64,000 nucleotides of DNA from Cyanophora paradoxa CCMP329 (GCA_004431415.1 QPMI01000507.1:62001-126000), one strand, 5' to 3'. Counted from the first letter of the stretch, positions 1-11,258 are shown. Notes: generated by a model not told the origin, from the letters alone. Program-made: numbers and translations.

Positions 1-2845
1 GGCGAGCAGCGCCTGCCCGGGGGTGAGGGCGGGGGCGGGGACGGGGGCGGGGGGGGGGGGGGGGGGGGGGCGGCGGGGCGGGCCTCGCCGCAGGAGGCGA
101 GGGTGTCGACGAGCTCGCGGGCCTCGTCGGAGAGGCCCGGCTCCCCCGCCAGCAGCGCCGCGCTCCCGATCGTCCCGTTCAGCGGCGTCCTCATCTCGTG
201 GGAGATGACCGAGAGGAAGCGGGACTTGGCGCGGGAGGCCTCCTCCCTGCCCGCCCCGTCCCCGCTCGGACCAAGCGGGGCGGGGCGGGGCGGGGCGGGC
301 GGGGCGGACGCGGCGTGGAGGGCTGTGACGTCGCGGCAGACGACGAAGACCGTCTGCACGGCCTCCGAGCCCGGCGAGGCGGGGCACGCGCTCGCGTCCG
401 GCCACACCGGCTCCGCGTGGATCTGCAGCCGCAGCGCCCGCCCCGCCCGGCTCGTCGCCGCCGTCTCCACCTGCGGCGAGGGGAAGGGTGAGGAGGGGGG
501 GGGGGGGGAGATCCTGGGGCGGCGCGGACCTCGGCGCGCTCGCGGCGCTCGAGGGCGAGGGCGAGACGCTCGGCGGCCTCGGGGGGAAGGAGCCCCGGCG
601 GGGGGAAGCGCCGCCCCAGGATCTCCCCCTTCTCCCACCCCGTCACCCCCTGCGCGCCCCGCCCCCGCGCCTCAGCGGATCGGAGGCGAGCGCGGCGGAG
701 GGGAGCGCCGAGAGCAGGGCAGGACTAGAGGGCGTGTGGAGAAAGCGGGTGGGCTATGAAATGAAATGGGGCGGGGGCGGGGGCGGGGCGGGGCGGGGCG
801 GGGCGGGCCGTCCAGGCGCGGTTGGAGTAGACTGCGGCGCCGTCGCGCGGGTCCACCACCGCGATCGCGTCCGAGAAGGCGTCCAGCGCCCTGCGCCCCC
901 CCCGTGAGCACAAGGGTCGCGGCCCGGGGGGCGAGCCCTCGCCGCGGGGCGGGGCAGCACCTGAGGAGGACGCGCTCGGTGCGCTCGTTGGAGACGAGGC
1001 GCGCCTCCTGCGCCGCGATCGTCCGCTCCCGCGCCGCCAGCGCCTCCTCCCCCGCCCGCCGCTCTGCCCCGCCACGCCCCCGCCGTGAGCGGGCCGCTGC
1101 TCGCTCCTCGCAGCGCGCCCGCCGGGGCCGCGCCGGGCCGGGCCGCACCGTAGAGCTGGCCCAGGAGGGAGGCGATCGCCGCCAGCGTCCCCGCGTCTGC
1201 CCCGCCCCCGCCCTCAGGCGACGGCGGCGGGGCGGGGGCGGGGGCGAGCGGACCGGTCTCGCAGAAGCAGGCGACCCCGCAGCGCTCCGCCTCGATGGAG
1301 AGGGGGCCGGGCGCCCCGGCCCCCGCCGGCAGCACCTCCGCCCTGCCCGCCCGGCCCTCAGCGAGCGCGTCGGGGGCGCCGGGGCGGGCGCGCGGGGGCG
1401 GCACCGTGTGCGGTGGCGGCGGGCGGTGCAGGCGCCGACGCCGCGGGCGGCGCGGAGGGCGGCGCAGTCGCAGTGGGCGGGGCCTCGACCTCGCCGCCGG
1501 CGGGGCCGGGGGGCGGGGCGGGCCGGCCTCCAGGAGGCGGACCGAGTCGCAGGGGAGGGACTCGCGGGCCCCCTCGAGGCACGCCGCCACCGCCTCCTCG
1601 AACCCCTGCCCGCCCCCGGGCCGCCACGCCGCCACCAGCCGCTGCAGCCGCCCCACCGCCTGCCCCCCGGCCCCTCAGGCGCGGCGCGGCGCGGCGCGGG
1701 GCGGGGCGGGGCGGGGCGGACGCGGTGCTGGGCCTCGGCGCGCTGGGCGCGGCGGGCCTGCGCGGACTGCGCCATCAGCTGCACCGCCACCTGCGCACCG
1801 CCCCGAGCGCGCGCGCGCCGCGTCAGCGGCCGGGTTCTCGCCGGCTCGCGCGGGGCGGGGGCCCTCGCCTGGCCCATGTCCTCCAGCGCCTTCACTTGCT
1901 CCTCGCTCAGCTTCCGCGGCACTGCGCGCGCGCGCCGTCGCCATCGATTCGAGTCAGGTTTCGCGCCTTCTCGAGCTCGCCGCGGAGGTTGCGGAATGTT
2001 TTGCTTTGTTGTGTTCATGCCCTGACTAAGCGGCTGCTGCTGTGGTTTGTGTTTATGCCCCGATTCGCACCGGCGTCGAGGACGCAGAGGGTGCCCAGAA
2101 CGTGCCCGGAGTCCGGCTCCACCAGCGGGGCCGCCGCCTGCATGCGGTGACATTGAATACGGCGGCGCGGGCGTGCGAGCCTCGGAGGTGAGCGCGGGGC
2201 GGGGGGGGCGGGGGCGCACGTAGAAGCGGGTGCCGGCGGCGGCGCATACGGGGAAGTGGCGGAGGGGCGTGGCGCAGAGGTCCTCGACGACGACCGTCCG
2301 CGCGTGCGTCGACGTCCACACGCACAGCGACTCGTCCCTGCCCACCCCAATTCAAATCGAAGGTTGAGCGGCTCAGGGCCGGGCGGACCGGGGGGCCTCG
2401 GAGCCCGAGTAGCCGTGCGCCGCGAGGAAGTAGACGCGGCGCTCGTCCAGCGCCGTCACGATCGCGACGGGCGAGCCCGTGAGGGCCGCCGTCGCCCGGC
2501 ACACCCCCTCCAGCGCCCCGTTCGCCGGCCTGCCGCGCGAGACTTTGTTCCCCGCGCGCGCCATCAAATTGAATATTCGAATTCGAAAGAGCGGACTGCT
2601 CGAAGACTTCCAGACTTCGGAGGAGCGCGAGGCGGTGCTCGTTCTCCTGCGGCGCGCTTGAGATTCGAGACGAGGGGCGTGTGGCGCGAAAGGCGCACGG
2701 GGGGCCACGGGGCGCGCGCGGTGGGCAGGCGCTCCAGGCGGGGAAGGCCCTCCGGGAGGTTCTTGTAGGTGACCCCCGCCAGCAGCGGGAACTCGCCGGG
2801 GCGCGCCACCCCGCCGTCCCCGTCCCCGCTGCTGCTGCTGCGCAT
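1..2845 (-). CDS. Multi-sensor histidine kinase (GAF - degenerate GAF/coiled coil - PAS - HisKA), multi-exon; runs off the left edge; start uncertain (in-frame ATG also at 3046)
   Basis: Spliced translation gives a bacterial-type GAF ([12 protein letters not shown]...[28 protein letters not shown]...RDESLC...[32 protein letters not shown]). It is followed by PAS segments ([25 protein letters not shown]; VVCRDVT) and an H-box [26 protein letters not shown] (His codon at 198-200). Confidence 0.9.
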
Positions 2846-3837
2846 GCTGCTGTCGGCGTCATGCGTATGATCAGTCCTGTCGAAGCGCCGCTGCGGGCAA
2901 AAACGGTGTGAGGAGCCATGTTGCAATTGTCGCACTGCGCGCGCGGCGAGCGGGCGCCGGCGCGCTTGGCAGGAGCGCACCCGCTTGCCAGTTTGAGCAC
3001 ACGAGTCCTGGTCACACTCCACGTTGATCGCTCCGCGGCATGTCATGCCGCCCCGGCGCCCGCACCACGGACTTCAAAAGCGCTGCGACGAACGCTCGGT
3101 GAAATGAAGGCCGTTGTGAAGGCAGACGCGCGCGCGAGCACCGTGATCGCGTGAGACCGCCGATGAAATCCGCGGCACCCCTAAATTGGGCCCTATAATA
3201 ATATCGATGAGCACACCCGCGGCCCGCCACGCACGCGTCGATGTCGCCCGCAATTGAGCTTCGCGCCCCCCTTAATCTTAAGCTTACGCTTCGAATTCAC
3301 AGCCTTCCCTGTATGCAGCGTACGCGTGCTACGTAGTATACGCACTCTCTGCCGCGACGCTGCGCGTGCGCGCGTCGACGATCACTATAGCCTGATGATA
3401 GGTAGCTAGCGGAGCCTAGCTATAGCGCTCGCCGAGTCGCCGGCGACTCGCCGCTCGCACAGACTCTGAGAGTCGCGGTGCCACCGCGGCCGCTCCGCTC
3501 GAGCTCGATGTAGCTCGTGAAAGCGCTGCCGCTTTATCCGCGGACGCGGATATCGATCGAGGCGCGCGGTCTACCGGTAGGTTATCTTTACGAACTGCAT
3601 CGGCGTGCGAATGCGAGGTCTATCGGCGCGTGCTCATTCACCGGGGTACGACCTGCATGACTCGGCTTGGTGTGCGAACGCAGGAAACGACGTAGCCCCG
3701 CCCAACCAACCGCAAAGACGCGGTTTGAATCCGAGCACGAGACGGGCGTCAGGGAGCGGTCTGTAGAGCCGCAGGCGGCCCAGACAAGCCATTCCGCGCG
3801 GTAGACTGCAAGCACCTGCGCCCCACGCCTTGCCAGC

Positions 3838-6372
3838 ATGGCAGACCTTCGCGCTATGCTAGGCATCACAGTTGAGCAGACGCCGCCCAGCTCTCCGAGG
3901 CGATCTTCATCCAGGCAGTCGTCGGCTCGCGAGAGCTGGACGCGCTACAACCTGGACGCGCTACAGCGCGCTACGGACGGCTTCTCCTACGACAACCGCT
4001 TCGTCAGCCGGAACCCGGGCCGCCTCGGGGATTACTTCGGTTGCTCTCTCGATGGTCAACGAGTCGCGGTCAAGCGAATCAAGCCGCGTACAGGTGCGCT
4101 GTCCGGGGTGTGCGACTGCCGCGGGCGGGCACGCCGGAGAACGCCCCTGACGGACGCCCGGCCTCGCCGGCAGTGTCGGTGCTGTCGAGGATCGTGCGGG
4201 ACGCGAAACAATTCGCGTCGCTGCGGCACCCGAACCTGGTGCGGCTCCTGGGCTACTCGCACCCCATCGAGGTGGACGCCGGCGAGGGCGGCGCCCGCGT
4301 CCTCCCGACCGAGCTGCCGGACGAGGGGGAGGTCGAGGCGTGCGGCCCGAGCGGCCTCGTCTCGTTCCTCCAGCAGATCGGCCTCGGGGGCGTCGTCGCC
4401 GCGTGCGCGCCCTCCTCGTGCGGCCCACCGGCCGCCTTCTGCGGCGGCTGCGGCCTCGAGGCCCTCGCCGGCGAGCTCCAGGCGCTGGGGGCCCCGAGCA
4501 AGCGCCGCGCGGCCGCCTCCTACGAGGGCCCGCTCCTGTGCGTCGTCTACGAGCACGTGGAGGGGACCTCGCTGGAGGAGGCGCTGGGCATCTCGGGCGC
4601 CTCGGTGCACGCGCGGGCCCTCTCGTGGGCGGAGCGCGTGCGGGTGGCGCTGCACGTGACGGCGGCGGTGGCGCACCTGCACGCCCGCGGCCTCGTGCAC
4701 CGCAACGTCCGCTCCTCCAACGTCATCCTCGCCGGGCGGCCCCTCGCCGCCCGCCTCGTCGACTTCGGCCTCTTCCCCCACGGCCGCCGCCTCCTCTCCA
4801 CCGCCCGCGGCCTCGCCGGCTACCACGACCCCCTCGCCCTCGGCGCGCCCCGCCCCGCTCCGCCCCGCCCCGCCGCCGGCGCCGCTGACGGGGCCGGTGG
4901 CGCAGCGACGGGGAGCCACACGGCGGAGAGCGACGTCTACTCCCTGGGGGTCCTCTTCCTGGAGCTGCTGACGGGCCTTCCGGGGGGCGACGAGGCGCGC
5001 GAGCCGTCGGCCCTCGCCGCCTGGCTCCGGGGCGCCCTCGCGGCGGGCGTCCCCTGCGAGAAGCTCGCGGCGCCCTCGGCCGGCCCGTGGGATGAGCGGG
5101 CGCTGCGCGGCTTCTTCGAGCTGGCGCTGGCGTGCGCGGCGGGGCGGCCGCAGGAGCGGCCGACGGCGCGCCAGGTCCTCCACAGCCTCGAGCGCGCCTG
5201 GGCCGGCGTCGCCAGCCCCGAGATCCTCGCCGACCTCCTCTCCGGCATGCCCCCTCCGACGTGCCCCCGCCCGCCCCGGAGCCCCCCGCCGCCGCCCCGC
5301 AGCAGCGGCCCTCGGCGCCGGCGCCAGCCCCGGGGAGGCCGGGGGCGGGTCGGGGACGCCGCGCGGCGGCCCCTCACGATGTCCCTGGCCCTGACCCCCG
5401 CCAAGCCGCGGCGGCGGCCCTCGTTCTCCGCCGCCCCGGCCGCCCCCGACAGCGTCGGGCCCGCCCCGCCCTCCGCCGCCGAGCACCGCCTCCCGCCCGC
5501 CCCCGTCCCCGCCCCGGCCCCGCCCTCCGAGTCCGGGGCGCAGCCGGCGCCGGCGGTGGCGGCGGCCCCCGCGCCGCCGGCGCCGGGCGAGGCGCCGCTG
5601 CGGCGGCCCCTCTCGGAGCTGAACGCGAACCTCGTGGCGGCCTCGGCGGCCTCGGCGGCGGCGGCGGCGGCGGCGGAGGGGAAGGAGAAGGGGCGGGGCA
5701 TCCTGAAGGCGGGGCGGGCGCTGCAGCAGCTGCAGGCGTGGATCCTCCCGTCGCCCTTCCGCCCCCCGCCGGCCTTCGCCGTGGCGACCCCGGAGCGCTC
5801 CAAGTCGCGGGGCGCCGGCCCGGCCCCCGGCGGCCGCCTCGGCAAGCGCGTCTCCTTCACGGCCATCGACCAGGTCCGCTTTGTGTCGCCCCACAAGAAG
5901 GGCGAGAGCCCTGCCGCCTCCCCGGCCCCGCCCGCACAGGCCCCGCCCGCCGTGCGCCCCGCCCCGCCCCCGCCCCCGCGCTCGAAGGGCCGCTCAGCGG
6001 GCGGCAGGCGGCTGCGGCGACCGCGGGGACGGCTGCGGCGGCGGAGGCGGGCGGCGGGGCGGGGCCCGGGGCGGGGGAGGTGGACATCGGGGACCCGCTG
6101 CAGGGGGACGACTTCGCGGCGGGGGCGCAGCGCGTCGGCCTCGCCCTCGCCTCGCAGGCGGCCCCGCTGGCGGCCCCGCAGGCGGGGAGCCCGACGGGCT
6201 GGCGCGCCTTCCTCTGCTGCGCCCCGCGCTTCGCCGCCTCGTCGGGGAGCCCGAGCGGGAGCCCGCTGGGGCCCCGCTGCCGCGCCGCTCCGACGCCCCG
6301 CGCCGCATCGAGGGCGCCGGCGCCACCGAGCCGCCCCCGCCCGCCACCCGCATCGTCCTCGTCGACGCCTGA
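3838..6372 (+). CDS. RLK/Pelle(IRAK)-like cytoplasmic kinase, probable pseudokinase, with low-complexity C-terminal tail; 3' end uncertain (6372 or 6520)
   Basis: Kinase motifs YNLDALQRATDGFS, VAVKRI, LRHPNLVRLLGY, LSWAERVRVAL, VHRNVRSSNVIL, VDFGL, GLAGYHDP, SDVYSLGVLFLELLTG, RPTARQV. Introns at about 4095-4173 and 4843-4905. Confidence 0.85.
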
Positions 6373-6683
6373 GTCCCGCGCCCGCGCCCCCGCCCCGCCG
6401 TCTCCTCCTCGCCGCCCCCTCGAGCTCCCGCCCCGCCCCCTCCCGCCGGCGCCGGCAGGCCGGCCCGCCCCTCTCGGCTGCAGCGCCCTCCCCTTGCTTG
6501 CGTACGTGCATTGGTCGTAATTCATGGACTGATTGTTGAATCTGCATTGAAAGGATTGCTACCTCACTGCGCTCTCACGCGAACTATCGTCCGATCCTAG
6601 GCTACAATCTCAGCTCCAAAAAGCAGTAAAAAGGGCCCGCGCGGCTCGACCTAGGGGCGCGGGCGGGGCTGGCCGGCGCCGCG

Positions 6684-9600
6684 CTACCGGCGCGGCTTGG
6701 AGCGACCCTTGCTCGCCGCGGGGGCCTTGCCGGCGTGCGGGGCCGGCGCCGCCGCCAGCCGCGCGGCGCCTTTGCTCTTGGCCGGCGCCGCCTCCTGCGC
6801 GGCCTTAGCCGGCTTGCCCGCCTTGGTCGGTGCTGCGGCACCCTTCCTGGGCCTCCGCGGCGCCGCCTCCTCCTCGCCCCCGCTCTCGCTCTCGCTCGCG
6901 CTGGCGCGGGCGGCGTGCCCGTTGGTCAGGGCGTGCGGCCGCGCCGCGGGCCGTTGGGGACCCCGCGGGCGCCCTTGGCGAGGGCGGGGCGGGGGCGGCG
7001 GCCCGTCGTCGGCCTCGCTGCCCGAGGGCCCTCGCCGCCGTCCCCGTCCCCGTCCGCCTCTGCCATCTCCGCGTCCGACCCGCCCGCCTCCGCCGCCTCC
7101 TCTGCCTCCTCCGCGCCGCTGCCGTCGCCCCCGTCGTCGTCGCTCGTCAGCGCCCCCGTCGCCGCCGGCCGCCCCGGGCCCGTGCCCGACGGCCCCGCCA
7201 GCGCCCGCTCCTCCTCCTCCTCTTCCTCGTCCTCGTCCTCGTCCCCGCTCGAGCGCGCCGCGGGGCGGGCGCCACGCGCCGCCGGAGGGCCGCCGCCGCC
7301 GCCGATGCCGCCGCGGCGCCGCGCCCGAAGGGCCCCGAGGGCGCGCGCGCCGCCGCGACGTCCCCGTCGCTGCCGCTGCCGCTGTCGCTGTCGCCGGCGT
7401 CGCTGCCGAAGCGCCCCGCCGCCAGCGACGCCGCCGAGGCGCGCGGCGCGCCCTCGGCCTCCTCCTCGCCCTCCGAGTCCTCCGCGATGACGGCGGCGGC
7501 GTCGTGCGCGACGCGCGCCGCCGCGGGGAGCGCGGCGGCCTCCGGGGGCGGGGCGGCCGGGCTGAGCGCGATGAGGGTCTCGAGGGCGCCCTGGAGGCCG
7601 AGGAGCTGGGCCTGGAGGGCGGCCTCCTGGCGGAGCTTGGTGCGCATGCGGCGCACCATCTCCTCCACGCCCCGCGACTCGCCCACGACGCGGCCGTACA
7701 GGCGCAGCACGCCGTTGGCGACGTGGAGCATGAGCCGCGAGAAGCGCGGGGAGACGAGGTTGCGGAGGAGGTACTCGAGGAGGGGGCCCAGCCCCGTCTC
7801 GTCCCGGCTCGCCAGCGCCGTCGCGAGGCCGCCGCGGCGCTCGAGCTCCTCGAGCACCGTCGCGATGACGACCGCCTGCCGCGTCTCCAGCGCCGCGTCC
7901 AGGGCGTCCCCGTAGCGGAACTGCTTCAGCGCCTTGTCGAAGGGCCGCAGCCGCGCCCGCCGCCGCCGCTCCACCCGGTACGCGTCCGCCGGCGCCGCCG
8001 CCTGCCCGCCCCGCTGGAAGAAGCGGAACGTCCCGGGCCGGATCGGCCGCTGCGCCGCCGCCGCCGCCTGCGCCGCGGGGGCCGCCTGCCGCGGGGGCCG
8101 CCTCCGCACGGCCAGCGTGCCGTCCACCATGCCGGCCGCCAGCGTGAAGCCGTCGGGCTGCGCACGAGGGCGTCGGCGCGGGCGTGCGGGGGGCGTGCGG
8201 GGCGGGCGCGGGGCGGACGGAGAGGGCGAGGGAGAGGATGGGGGCGGAGAACTTGAGGGTGTGGACGACGGCGAAAGAGGTCGTGTCGTAGACCTTGACC
8301 ATCTGCCCGGCGCCCCCGCGCGTCGGCCCTCGCAGGGACGGCGCGGGACGGGGCGGGGGGCACCTGGTCGGCGCCGCCGGAGAGGAGGCGGGAGCCGGCG
8401 CGGTCGAGGCAGAGGGCCGTGATCGTCTTCTGGTGGTTCGAGAAGGTCTGAAGCAGCCGCCCGCCCGCCAGCACGTCCCACAGCCGCACCACGCTCCCGC
8501 CTGCCGCGCCCCTCAGCGCCCGGCCGCGCGGGGTGGGGCGGGACGGGGCGGGGCGGGGCGGGCCTGCGGAGGCGATGATGCCGCCCGAGGGGAAGACGAG
8601 GACGGCCTCGACGGGGTGCCCGTGGTCCATGGAGAGGACGCATTCCTGGCTCCGCAGCGGGTCCCACAGCTTCACCGTGTGGTCGTACGAGCCCGTCACC
8701 CACAGCGGCGAGCCCCCGCCCTCCCCGATCGCTCCCGTGCGGATGTAGTCCTGCCCGCGGCCGTCAGCGGTGCCGCGGGACGCGGAAGCGGTACGGGGCG
8801 GGGCGGCGCACGGTGTGGCCGTGGACGACAGCGACCTCCTGCTGCGCGGGGACGTCCCAGCACCGCATCGTCGCGTCGTCCGAGCACGACATAACGTGCG
8901 TGTTGTCCGGCGCGAAGCGCGCGACGTGCACCGCCCTGCGAGGAGGCGGCGTGCGCTCGTCAGCGGCGCTCACTCGCGAGCGCCTTAGCTTCCTTTAGCT
9001 AGTGGAGCGGTCCGCATCAGTTCCTTAGAGAAAATCATGACGCGTAGCATTCATTAAGAACGCAGCAAGGATTAGATCATCATGCAGGGTGCCCGGGCGC
9101 GCTCCGTGCTATCGGGTGATCGAGGGGGCTGCGCACCGCGTATGCCCGCGAAACTGCCTGAGAATGCTCTTGTCATCGATGTTGAAGACCTGCACGCGGC
9201 GGCGGGGCCCCGATCAGCGCCGGTCGCGAGCCCCGTCCAGCGCGTGGAGGCCAGGCCTCGTGAGCGGCGTGGGCAAGCACACCTGCACGATCGGCTGCTC
9301 TCCTCCTGCGACCAGCAAGCGCCCGTCTTGCCTAAAGCTACCAGAGTACGCCACATCCTTGAACTTGGAGATGGTTTTGTGCACTCCGTTTGTGATAGCG
9401 TTGTATATTTGCACCTGCGCGGCGCCCCGATCGGATGAGCTTCATCGATAACGGAGGAATGCCGCAGAGAGGCGTGCGTGGGCGCCTAGCACGGCCAGGT
9501 CGCGATCGGAAAGGAGCGCACCCGTGTGGAGCTCGAGACCGCGTAGTTGTAGGGGTGCAGGGGCGAGAATTCTACGTGCGATACGCCGGCGATTTCCCGC

Positions 9601-9754
9601 TTCGAGAGCACCAGCTGCGGGCTGCGGTGTGAGCAGCGAGTAGGTCGCTCCTCGACCGTCGCACCTCGTACTCGCGCCACCTCCTGGCCTCGCCATCGTC
9701 ATGCGTGGAAGGGCGCGGGAAGGCCCGTATCGGCAAGCGCCGGAAGTCCGCCAT
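6684..9754 (-). CDS. UTP15: U3 snoRNA-associated protein 15 (WD40 repeats + UTP15_C domain), acidic then basic tail
   Basis: N-terminus MADFRRLPIRAFP..WREY; KTISKFKDVAYSGSFRQDGRLLVAGGE; TGSYDHTVKLWD; DHGHPVEAVL; NHQKTITAL; C-terminal FDKALKQFRYGDALD...EELERRGGL...LLGLQGALETL. Confidence 0.93.
9012..9088 (-). ncRNA. Intronic box C/D snoRNA predicted to guide 2'-O-methylation of an A in 5.8S rRNA
   Basis: Lies in a 201-nt UTP15 intron (8936-9136). Box C ATGATGA at 9083-9077, D' ATGA at 9054-9051, C'-like ATGATT, box D CTGA at 9020-9017, terminal stem CTGCA/TGCGG. The guide GCTGCGTTCTT is complementary to the conserved 5.8S sequence AAGAACGCAGC. Confidence 0.85.
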
Positions 9755-9801
9755 CGGGCGGACGGGTACAGGCGACCGGACTTGCGTGAGCGTACCCCTC
9801 G

Positions 9802-11187
9802 ATGAAACCGCCAGGCGGCGGAGGCCGCTGGCTTCGAGATCTCTTCTCGCACGCCGTCGTCCTGCTCATTACATGTAGCCCTTACCTCACGGGCGTCGCG
9901 CTCTGGCTCCTCTGGAAACACAGCCTCCTTGCGTTCTGCGCGCGTACGCGTCCACAATTCTATGTGCGTCCACACTTTTATTGTGTGTCTGCGCAGTGCT
10001 TGTGTGGTCTCTATTCGATCCGGCTCCGACGCGCGGAGGGAGGCGGTGGCCGGGATTTCAACAAGGCCGTATTATGCAAGCGGTGCGCACGTGGTAGCAA
10101 CCTATTCGGCGCCACGCGCTTTGGCGCCGGCGCGTCGGCGCGTTCCGTCCCCGCGCGGTTCTGTTCTAGACCCTGCTCGCCGCAACGCGCCTGACGTGCG
10201 CGTCCCTGCGCGCGGGCATTCAGATGTCTGACTACTTCCCGTGCTCGCTCCAACTCTCGTCCCCGCTCCCACCCGGCCCCAAGATATTCGGGATCCACCC
10301 GCACGGCGTTTTCACCTTCTCTGCGTTCACGGTCCTCGGAGGGCCCGAGGGGAGCCGCAAGCTCGGTGCGCATGCGCCTCGCCGCTCGGACGTAGTTAGC
10401 GCTGCGTGGCGCCTTCATCCTGACGCGGAGGCGCGCGTGGCGCAGGCGAGCTGTACATCTCGGCGACGTCGCTGCTCTTCTGCGTGCCGTTCATTCGGGA
10501 CTTCGCGCTGGCGGTCGGCTGCATCCACGCCGACCGGGAGACGCTGGAGCGGACGCTGCGCGCCGGCAAGTCGGTCACCATCACCGTCGGCGGCGTCCGC
10601 GAGGGCCTCGAGACCCGCACCGGCCGCAACCGCCTCGCGCGCCCCCCGCCGCCCCGCCAGCGCTCGGATCCCCCATCCGCCCCTGTGACGCCGGCGCAGG
10701 TGCTCAGCAAGCGCAACGGCTTCGTGCGCATCGCCTGCCGCACCGGAGCGCCCCTCGTGGTTCGCCCCTCCCCCCCCCTATGCGGGGGTACCGGTGCTGA
10801 GCTCGATGTCTGGGGGTACACGCGCAGCCGGTGTTCATGTTTGGGGAGACGGACATCTTCCGGATCGTGGCGCCGGCCGGGGGCCGCTTCCCGATGACGC
10901 GCCTCCTCCGCGCGCTGCACATCCCCGTGCCGCCGTTCGTGGGGCGCCCGCTGCCGCTCCCCTTCCCGCTCTCGCTGCCGACGCCGCTGCCGCACCGGCG
11001 GGCGCTGCGGACGGTGGTCGGGGAGGCGCTGGACGTGGGCCCGGCGGAGGAGAGCCCCTCGGGGGAGCGGCTCGCGGCGGTGCACGGGCGCTACTGCGCG
11101 GCCCTGCGGCGCCTCTACGCCGCGCACCGCCAGCCCGGCGACCCCGAGCTCGAGCTCCTCGACGCCGACGACCGCGCCCGCCTCTGA
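9802..11187 (+). CDS. DGAT2: Diacylglycerol acyltransferase type 2 (DAGAT/MOGAT family)
   Basis: FGIHPHGVF catalytic motif; VGGVRE; VLSKRNGFVRIACRTGAPLVPVFMFGETD; TVVGEAL; YCAALRRLY. Confidence 0.88.
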
Positions 11188-11258
11188 GCCCCACTTGCCC
11201 CCTTCTCATTGAATCACGAACTCCTAGCGAAAGCACCCGAGGCGCCGGCGGGTCAGTG

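Noticed and set aside
23-8700. Numerous long Arg/Pro/Gly/Ala-rich ORFs in the track
   Set aside because: Expected in very GC-rich DNA. They read through introns or lie antisense to recognisable genes.
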